A stretch of 35,605 nucleotides of DNA from an uncultured Rikenellaceae bacterium. Its GTDB lineage: Bacteria > Bacteroidota > Bacteroidia > Bacteroidales > VadinHA17. Every line of letters begins with the position of its first letter. Position 1 is the stretch's first letter. The translations under genes and the position numbers were made by a program. The stretch spans positions 1-35,605 of the forward strand of contig CAYPKL010000315.1 of assembly GCA_964411285.1 (NCBI GenBank), in the 5' to 3' direction. The notes under the pieces are model-generated. The model saw only the letters and a program-made list of their open reading frames with translations, had not been told where the DNA came from and made no database searches. Shown here piece after piece: positions 7,469 to 13,952 of the stretch.

Positions 7469-8700
7469 TATAGGGTGAATTTCTCAACCTGATTTTTTAT
7501 CTCCTTCAGGAAAAGCGTTGCCGGTCCTCCATCGATAGCTCTGTGATCATAAGTGAGTGACAGCCCGATATAAGGGATGAAGCCAAAAATGCCATTTCCG
7601 ATATCAGCAGGTCTGTATGTAATTGTGCACACGCCAAGGATTGCCACCTGGGGGAGATTAATTACCGGTGTAAACATTTCAACACCATAGTTGCCCAGGT
7701 TTGAAACTGTAAAAGATGCTGATGTGCTTTGGATAAGTTCCGGATTTATGTTTCCCTTTTTGCAGGCTTCGGCGGCAGCTTTTAGTTCAATGGATAATTT
7801 CTCAAGATCCATGCTGTCAGCATTTTTAACTGACGGGACCATCAATCCGCGCTGGGTATCGACTGCAACACCAAGATGGACACTTCTGAATGTTTTAATC
7901 CTGTCGTCGAAGAAATGGCTGTTAGCTTCCGGGAATTTGCAAAGGGCTTTTATTACACACCAGCATATCATGTCATTCAGTGTAATATCATATTTACCTG
8001 TACCTTTTGCCAGTCCTTCTTTTATTTTTTTCCTGGCATCAAGCAAGCCACGAACATCAGCGCTCATGTGATGTGTCAGCTGAGCCGAGTTCTGCAATGA
8101 GGCATGCATTGTCCGGGCAATTATTCTACGGACGTTTGAAAGAGGCTGTTCAGTAAATTCAGGTGAGTCTTTGTCAGACCTAAGCTCCTTTTTGACAGGC
8201 ACTGACAATATTTTTTCAATGTCGCTTACTACTATTCGGCCATTTGGCCCTGTTCCGGCGATAGTATTTAACGTCAATCCCTTGTCGTAAGCCAGCCGTT
8301 TAGCTCGGGGAGAAATTCTAACCTTTGTATGATCCTGTTCATGGGTTAATCCTGCTGACAGAATCACAGAACTGAATTTTTCTTTTTCCGTTTCAACAGG
8401 CAGGGTTTCATTTTTGCCGTTAACTGTTATGGTTCCTGTAATGTAGGATTCAATCTGATCGCCGGGATTTCCGATTACAGCAACATTAACAAGGATGGGA
8501 ACCTCGGCCCCGTCCGGATAGAGTATTTCCAGGAGTGTGCCATCAGCCGGGGACTCCATGTCAAAGGAGGCTTTATCTGTTTCATAGGAAAAGAGAATAT
8601 CTCCCATTTTAACTGCATCTCCTTTTTGTCGGAACCATTTTGTAATTATGCAGGTTTCAACCGATTGACCCTGTTTTGGCATTATTACTGGTATAGCCAT
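7468..8700 (-). CDS. dihydrolipoamide acyltransferase (E2 component of a 2-oxoacid dehydrogenase complex)
   Basis: 410 aa. It has an N-terminal lipoyl domain (ETDKASFDMESP), a peripheral-subunit-binding domain (ISPRAKRLAYDKGLTLNTIAGTGPNGRI) and the catalytic DHRAIDG motif. Confidence 0.9.
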   Translation of the reverse strand: MAIPVIMPKQGQSVETCIITKWFRQKGDAVKMGDILFSYETDKASFDMESPADGTLLEILYPDGAEVPILVNVAVIGNPGDQIESYITGTITVNGKNETLPVETEKEKFSSVILSAGLTHEQDHTKVRISPRAKRLAYDKGLTLNTIAGTGPNGRIVVSDIEKILSVPVKKELRSDKDSPEFTEQPLSNVRRIIARTMHASLQNSAQLTHHMSADVRGLLDARKKIKEGLAKGTGKYDITLNDMICWCVIKALCKFPEANSHFFDDRIKTFRSVHLGVAVDTQRGLMVPSVKNADSMDLEKLSIELKAAAEACKKGNINPELIQSTSASFTVSNLGNYGVEMFTPVINLPQVAILGVCTITYRPADIGNGIFGFIPYIGLSLTYDHRAIDGGPATLFLKEIKNQVEKFTL

Positions 8701-8849
8701 ATAATATTGATATGTTATGGTGGTTAGTAACTTCCTTGATGTTATTTATTTGTTAAGATTCTGCAACATGTCAAAATAAGTAAAAAGAAAAATAACATAT
8801 TAATAACAGATCTAATTAATTATCAGTCGTTACAAAAATAATAATTTCG

Positions 8850-8865
8850 ACTTGTATTTACAAGT
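8850..8865. promoter_or_regulatory. candidate GntR-type operator: perfect palindrome ACTTGTA-TT-TACAAGT, core of a 40-nt imperfect palindrome (8838..8877)
   Basis: The 7-bp arms are exactly complementary. Outer 10-bp arms 8838-8847 and 8868-8877 are also perfectly complementary. It lies in the divergent E2 / GntR intergenic region. Confidence 0.5.
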
Positions 8866-8899
8866 AAAAATTATTATATTTACAAAATAATATTTATTT

Positions 8900-9616
8900 A
8901 TGCCTTCATCCGGATCTGTACCACAATACAGGAAGCTCTATGGGATCCTGCGGAAGCACATTACAGATGGTGTTTATAAGGAGGGAGATCTTCTTCCTTC
9001 CGAAAATGAATTATGTCAGTTGTATGGAATGACTCGTCCGACAGTGCGGCAGTCGCTAAGCACACTTGCAAATGACGGGTATATAAGGAAGCATCAGGGC
9101 AAGGGAAGTATTGTACACCAGCTGCCAAGAGAGATCGGGATTTTGTCGGTTTCGGGAACTACAACTGCTGTAGGTGACAGGAATCTAAAGACCAGGATTA
9201 TCGTCAAACCTGTTATAATGCCATGGCCGGAAGATTTCATGTTTCCACTTTCTGAACTTGAAAAGGAATCGGGATGCGTTTATATTGAGAGGCTTCGTCT
9301 GCTCGAAAATTCTCCGATTTTTTATGATATAAGTTACCTGGCTAATCTGAATCTGCCCCGCATCACTTCACGTCAATTTGAAAACAGGTCGCTTTTCCGG
9401 GTATTAAGAGAATACTATAATCTGGAGGTCAGGGGCGGGGAACAAAGGATAAAAGCCATACCTGCCTCGGTGCGCATAGGACGTTTCCTCAGGCTTGGAA
9501 AAGGAGAGCCTGTACTTCACCTTGAGCGAAAAATGGAAACAAACATCAACGGTCTTTTCCTTTATTCATCTATTTACTGCAATACGGTTAAATATTCAAT
9601 ATTCGGGAGATTCTGA
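8900..9616 (+). CDS. GntR family transcriptional regulator, HutC subfamily (winged HTH plus UTRA effector domain)
   Basis: 238 aa. The region LPSENELCQLYGMTRPTVRQSLSTLANDGYIRKHQGKGSIV is a typical GntR wHTH. The C-terminal half has HutC/UTRA-like length and pattern. Confidence 0.9.
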   Translation: MPSSGSVPQYRKLYGILRKHITDGVYKEGDLLPSENELCQLYGMTRPTVRQSLSTLANDGYIRKHQGKGSIVHQLPREIGILSVSGTTTAVGDRNLKTRIIVKPVIMPWPEDFMFPLSELEKESGCVYIERLRLLENSPIFYDISYLANLNLPRITSRQFENRSLFRVLREYYNLEVRGGEQRIKAIPASVRIGRFLRLGKGEPVLHLERKMETNINGLFLYSSIYCNTVKYSIFGRF

Positions 9617-9675
9617 CTAAAAAACTTCTGCAGCTTATAATAAAATAAATTATTTTTATGCTGATTAAAATGGGT

Positions 9676-9687
9676 TGTAATTTTACA
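9676..9687. promoter_or_regulatory. palindrome TGTAA-TT-TTACA, about 50 nt upstream of the oxidoreductase start
   Basis: Perfect 5+2+5 palindrome read directly. It has the GT..AC character of the 8850 palindrome. Confidence 0.3.
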
Positions 9688-9738
9688 GTATTTTAAGATA
9701 AATGGAACTCCTGAAACAATACTAAATCTAAAAAATGA

Positions 9739-11070
9739 GTGTTTATGAAAGATCAAAAAAATTTATGGTCACGGCGCCGTTTTCTTGGCTCGGCAGCGGT
9801 TGGAATGGCTGGAATGGTTGTAGTTCCCGGTCTGACTACATCCTGTAAAAGTAAGCCTGATACAGATATTAAACTGGGCTTCATTGGTATGGGACGCCAG
9901 TCAATGTTTCTCCTTAGTGGTTTCATCCAGATTCCCGGGGTGAAAGTGCTTGCAGGTTGTGATGTGTATGGCATTAAACGCAAACGGTTTGAAAAAAGGG
10001 TGAATGACTATTATACCAAGGCAGAGAAAAATATTAAGGTTGAAACCTATGAAAATTACGAAGATCTGCTTGCGCGTCAGGATATTAATGCTGTTGTCAT
10101 TGCAGTCCCCGATCACAGTCATGCCATGATTGCCATAGCCGCCTGCAAGGCAGGAAAAGATGTTTACCTTGAAAAACCATTGACCTTTACGATAAAAGAG
10201 GGTCAGGAGTTAAGGAATGCAGTACGTGATAACGACCGGATCCTTGGTGTCGGAAGCCAGCAACGTTCTGATCCGGGATTTCAGCATGCCGTGAAACTTG
10301 TTCAGACAGGAGCGTTGGGAAAGATCTCCAGAGTAAACGCCTATGTGGGGGCTCCTCCGAAACCATACGACCTGCCGGAAGAGCAATTACCGGCTGATCT
10401 GAACTGGGACAGGTGGTTAGGACCACTGACAGCAAATATCCATTTCAATAATCAGCTTAATCCACCTATTTCCCTTGATCCTGAGAAGGATGAAGAGATA
10501 TGGGGAGCCTGGCGCTGGTATAAGGAGATGGGCGGAGGATTTACAACTGACTGGGGTGCACATATGTTCGATATTGCACAATGGGGACTTGGCATGGATA
10601 AAAGCGGACCTGTGGAAATTTCGCCCATTGGCGACGGCACCGAGTTTATTTCATGGAAATATGCTGATGGCGTTGTTATGACTTCTGAACCATTTGATGA
10701 TAAACTCACAAAAGGCGTTAAATTCTGGGGAGAAAATGGCTGGATTGAAGTTGCCAGAGGATATTTCAATGCTTCTGATCCGAAGTTTAATCCGCCTGCT
10801 TCCACAACTCCGGATGAGAGCGGACCTTACGAGACAAGGATTCCGCATCAGGTTAACTTTATTGAATCTGTCAGGCTACACAAAGATCCTGTTGTTCCGG
10901 TTGAAATAGGGCACAGCAGCTGTACGGTGTGTACTCTGGGCAATATAGCCTGCGAACTAAAAAGGACAATAGAATGGAATCCGGAAACTGAAACATTTGT
11001 TAATGATGCCGACGGAGAAGCCACAAAACGTTTGCAGCATGAATACAGAAGTCCATGGAAACTTATTTAG
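9739..11070 (+). CDS. Gfo/Idh/MocA family oxidoreductase with twin-arginine (Tat) signal, predicted periplasmic
   Basis: 443 aa. Tat motif SRRRFLGSAAVGMAG, Rossmann motif GFIGMGRQ, and the family EKP motif (DVYLEKPLT). The alternative start M3 is equally possible. Confidence 0.9.
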   Translation: MFMKDQKNLWSRRRFLGSAAVGMAGMVVVPGLTTSCKSKPDTDIKLGFIGMGRQSMFLLSGFIQIPGVKVLAGCDVYGIKRKRFEKRVNDYYTKAEKNIKVETYENYEDLLARQDINAVVIAVPDHSHAMIAIAACKAGKDVYLEKPLTFTIKEGQELRNAVRDNDRILGVGSQQRSDPGFQHAVKLVQTGALGKISRVNAYVGAPPKPYDLPEEQLPADLNWDRWLGPLTANIHFNNQLNPPISLDPEKDEEIWGAWRWYKEMGGGFTTDWGAHMFDIAQWGLGMDKSGPVEISPIGDGTEFISWKYADGVVMTSEPFDDKLTKGVKFWGENGWIEVARGYFNASDPKFNPPASTTPDESGPYETRIPHQVNFIESVRLHKDPVVPVEIGHSSCTVCTLGNIACELKRTIEWNPETETFVNDADGEATKRLQHEYRSPWKLI

Positions 11071-11075
11071 TGGTG

Positions 11076-11110
11076 AAAAAAAGAGGCTGTAATTTTTTAC
11101 AGCCTCTTTG
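11076..11110. terminator. bidirectional intrinsic terminator between convergent oxidoreductase and cold-shock genes
   Basis: A 12-bp stem joins AAGAGGCTGTAA (11081-11092) and TTACAGCCTCTT (11097-11108) with loop TTTT. An A-run lies upstream and a T-rich stretch downstream, so a U-tract is available on both strands. Confidence 0.8.
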
Positions 11111-11129
11111 TTATAGATCCGAGTAAATT

Positions 11130-11327
11130 TTAATCCACTCTTTTAACCTTGATGGCGACAGGACCTTTTTCTCTCATTTCAATCTCAAACTCTACAGCCT
11201 GTCCGGTCTCAAGTTCAGTCTGCGGAACTTCAAGACCAGACCGATGGATAAATATATCCTTTTGATCTTCAGTCTGAAGAAACCCGTAGCCTTTCACCCT
11301 GTCATACCATTTAACAGTACCTTTCAT
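11130..11327 (-). CDS. cold-shock domain protein (CspA family)
   Basis: The track ORF 11130..11450 overlaps the RRM gene. The CSD starts at the internal Met: MKGTVKWYDRVKGYGFLQTEDQKDIFIHRSGL (65 aa). The KGYGFI-like RNP1 and the FxH RNP2-like motif are present. Confidence 0.85.
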   Translation of the reverse strand: MKGTVKWYDRVKGYGFLQTEDQKDIFIHRSGLEVPQTELETGQAVEFEIEMREKGPVAIKVKRVD

Positions 11328-11346
11328 AGTTCTTGATTTTTTTCCC

Positions 11347-11667
11347 CTACCTGTAATTATCCCTTCTGTTTCCTCCACCGCCCCTGCGGTCGTTATCTCC
11401 ACCTCTGAAATTACTTCTTCTGTCAGTTCTTTCGATAGATTCGTTAACAATTATCTTTCTGCCTTGGACTTCAGCACCATTAAGTTCTTCAATGGCCTTC
11501 TTAGCTTCAGCTTCGTTAGGCATCTCAACGAAACCAAATCCTTTACTTTTACCAGAGTATTTATCAATAATGATTTTTGCGGTCGTTACTTCGCCATACT
11601 CTTCAAAGATTTCTTTTAATTCTGCTTCACTCATTTTAAAATGAAGACTTCCTACATAAATGTTCAT
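11347..11667 (-). CDS. RRM-domain RNA-binding protein with C-terminal RGG-rich tail
   Basis: 106 aa. RNP2 is IYVGSL and RNP1 is KGFGFVEM. The tail is RSNFRGGDNDRRGGGGNRRDNYR. Confidence 0.9.
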   Translation of the reverse strand: MNIYVGSLHFKMSEAELKEIFEEYGEVTTAKIIIDKYSGKSKGFGFVEMPNEAEAKKAIEELNGAEVQGRKIIVNESIERTDRRSNFRGGDNDRRGGGGNRRDNYR

Positions 11668-11889
11668 AATTCAAAAATTAAAGTAATTAAACAGTAGCAA
11701 AGGTCATATTTTTTTTTGACAACTAAAAATAAAAATTTATAATATATTGTACTTTAATATCTTTTTAGCACTCAAGTGGGTTCTTAATTTTAATTTTCTA
11801 TCAATAAAAAGTGGTATCAGAATGTATTTTTATTTATTAAATAACAGATATTAGTTAAAATTGTTCTGAAAATCCTGACTATTGTAAGA

Positions 11890-12885
11890 ATGAAAGTATT
11901 TATCACAGGAGGAAGCGGCTTTATAGGAAGCAGACTTACCAGGAGGCTGATTGGGGATAATCATGAGGTCACCATGTTATTAAGAAACCTCAAAAAACCT
12001 CTTGGTTATGACATGGGAAAAGTGAAAATTATTGAAGGCGATATATCTGATATTCAGTCATTAAAAACCGCAATGAAGGGATGTGACTGGGTTTTTCATC
12101 TTGCGGCATTTACCGGATCATGGTCAAAAGACCCTGAAATTCCCTTTAATGTTAATGTAAACGGAACAATTAACGTGCTTGAAGCATCAAAGGTGTGCGG
12201 TATTAAAAGGGTTATCTTCACTTCCACATGCGGCACAATGGGTTATTCTGAAAACGGAAAAGTAATTGATGAAACAACAAACACCGACCCGCATCTTTGT
12301 ACAATATATGAAAGGACAAAAGCGGAGGCAGAGAAAAAGGCACTTGCCTACTTCAGGAATGGTCTGGATGTGGTAATTGTAAATCCTTCCAGAATTTATG
12401 GCCCTGGATTAGTGACAAAGGGCAACTCACTTACAAGAATTATTAACTTGTATATAAGGGGATTCTGGAGGATTGTTCCAGGAACAGGAAAATCTGTTGG
12501 GAATTATGTGTTCATTGATGATGTTGTGGATGGGCATATATTTGCTGCATTTAAAGGTGTTCCCGGAGAACGGTATATCCTTGGTGGTGAAAATCTTTCA
12601 TTTTCAAAGCTATTCGAAATTGTCGGTGAGGCAGCCCGCAAACCCCGGAAGATGTTATACTTACCAATCGGATTAATGAAAACCATTGCCAATTTTATGC
12701 TAATTATCCCGGTAATTTTCCAAAAGCCTCCCCTTATTACCAGGGAGTGGCTTGAAAAGTATAATCATGACGCAGTGATCTCGAGCGAAAAGGCTATAGG
12801 ACAGCTGGGATATAGAATAACCCCATTCAGTTCAGGGGTGAAAAAAACTATTGACTGGCTTAGATCTGACAACCTGAAACAGTAA
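11890..12885 (+). CDS. NAD-dependent epimerase/dehydratase family (extended SDR) protein
   Basis: 331 aa. It has the ITGGSGFIGSRL glycine-rich motif and YERTK (YxxxK). Confidence 0.85.
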   Translation: MKVFITGGSGFIGSRLTRRLIGDNHEVTMLLRNLKKPLGYDMGKVKIIEGDISDIQSLKTAMKGCDWVFHLAAFTGSWSKDPEIPFNVNVNGTINVLEASKVCGIKRVIFTSTCGTMGYSENGKVIDETTNTDPHLCTIYERTKAEAEKKALAYFRNGLDVVIVNPSRIYGPGLVTKGNSLTRIINLYIRGFWRIVPGTGKSVGNYVFIDDVVDGHIFAAFKGVPGERYILGGENLSFSKLFEIVGEAARKPRKMLYLPIGLMKTIANFMLIIPVIFQKPPLITREWLEKYNHDAVISSEKAIGQLGYRITPFSSGVKKTIDWLRSDNLKQ

Positions 12886-12893
12886 TAAGAATT

Positions 12894-13364
12894 TCAGGTT
12901 AACAGCATTTTTCCGGTCATCCCGGTTATAACCAGACGTAAAACAAAAGTCTTCTCCAGGGTTGCAGGATTATAATCATGATCTCTTCTCCCGGAATAGT
13001 GCTCCATTATGGTATTTAAACCTTCCCTCTTTTCTTCATTATCGGTTACAACAGATATTTTACCCCATCCCACCACTGACTGATAGTTCATTCCAAAATC
13101 ACAACCTGTTTTACCCCCGTAAAGTCTGTGGTTGATATCAAATTCAAAACACACGTAACTGTTTTTCCTGATCATATCCAGTTTTTTACCTTCACCGGAA
13201 CAATGAAAATAAATTTTTTTTTCAATGCCGCCTTCATAACCAAAATTCATGGTAACCAGATAGGGATAATTATCATTTGCCAGGGCAATCCTGCAAACAT
13301 CGGCTTTTAAGATTATTGATTCAATTTCTTTCGGATCAATTATTTCCCGGTCGCTTCTTCTCAT
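12894..13364 (-). CDS. pyridoxamine 5'-phosphate oxidase-like FMN-binding protein (NimA-like family)
   Basis: The ORF extends to 13409. Family members I recall begin MRRxDREI, which matches the internal Met at 13364 (MRRSDREIIDPKEIESIILKADVCRIALANDNYPYLVTMNFGY). The start is uncertain, either 13409 or 13364. Confidence 0.7.
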   Translation of the reverse strand: MRRSDREIIDPKEIESIILKADVCRIALANDNYPYLVTMNFGYEGGIEKKIYFHCSGEGKKLDMIRKNSYVCFEFDINHRLYGGKTGCDFGMNYQSVVGWGKISVVTDNEEKREGLNTIMEHYSGRRDHDYNPATLEKTFVLRLVITGMTGKMLLT

Positions 13365-13480
13365 TTGTAATAAGTTTGTTAAAAAGTCTTTAAAAGGAGT
13401 CAGATTCAAAATATTATTTCAATTTATCACATTTTGTTTAGTGAAACCTTAAAATTATTAATAAAAACGAAGAAAATCAT

Positions 13481-13488
13481 TACCTTTG
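13481..13488 (+). promoter_or_regulatory. Bacteroidota -7 promoter box TACCTTTG upstream of the bTHX gene
   Basis: Exact match to TAnnTTTG, 46 nt upstream of the ATG. No clear -33 TTTG at the expected spacing. Confidence 0.35.
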
Positions 13489-13533
13489 GCGGATTCAAAA
13501 AGAATTATAAATTAACCATATAAACCTATTAAA

Positions 13534-13950
13534 ATGGGAAAAGGCGATAAAAAAACAAGAAGAGGGAAAATAATTCTTGGTACTTTCGGAGCAAGACGCC
13601 GCAGGAAAAAAGCTGATAAGCCTGAAGTTAAGCTTGCTGTACCGCTGAAAGCCGGGAAGGACCTTAAAGAAAAAAAACAACTGAAGGAGAAAAAAGAGGT
13701 ACCTGAAATAAAGGAAACTACTGAAGCAACCCATATTACTGAAGTTAAGGAAATAAAGGCCAAGGAGGCCAAACCTGAAAAAGAAGTCAGGGAAGCGAAA
13801 CCAGTTAAGGAGCCCAAACCAGTAAAAGAGGCTGTTGAATCCGGTGAGAAAAAGGCAGCTAAAGAAAAAAAGGAAACCATAACGCCTAAGGGAGCAAAGG
13901 AAAAAAAAGAACCCAAAGAATCAAAGCCTAAGAAAGAGAAAAAAGGCTGA
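13534..13950 (+). CDS. 30S ribosomal protein bTHX homologue with a roughly 110-aa Lys/Glu/Pro-rich C-terminal extension
   Basis: The N-terminus MGKGDKKTRRGKIILGTFGARRRRKK matches the bTHX signature as I recall it (MGKGD, basic run, RRGK, G-aromatic-G, R-R-K). The rest is low-complexity KE(A/P)KP repeats. Confidence 0.7.
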   Translation: MGKGDKKTRRGKIILGTFGARRRRKKADKPEVKLAVPLKAGKDLKEKKQLKEKKEVPEIKETTEATHITEVKEIKAKEAKPEKEVREAKPVKEPKPVKEAVESGEKKAAKEKKETITPKGAKEKKEPKESKPKKEKKG

Positions 13951-13952
13951 CC

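Noticed and set aside
11328-11450. N-terminal 41-aa extension of the cold-shock ORF overlapping the 3' end of the RRM gene
   Set aside because: The extension has no CSD homology and overlaps the well-supported RRM-RGG reading frame. The canonical MKGTVKWY start at 11327 gives a standard 65-aa Csp.
13495-13916. Two long minus-strand ORFs (79 aa and 134 aa, Ser/Phe/Leu-rich) antisense to the bTHX gene
   Set aside because: They are shadow ORFs created by the purine-rich AAG/GAA coding repeats of the Lys/Glu tail. The plus-strand frame has the recognisable bTHX N-terminus and a -7 box.
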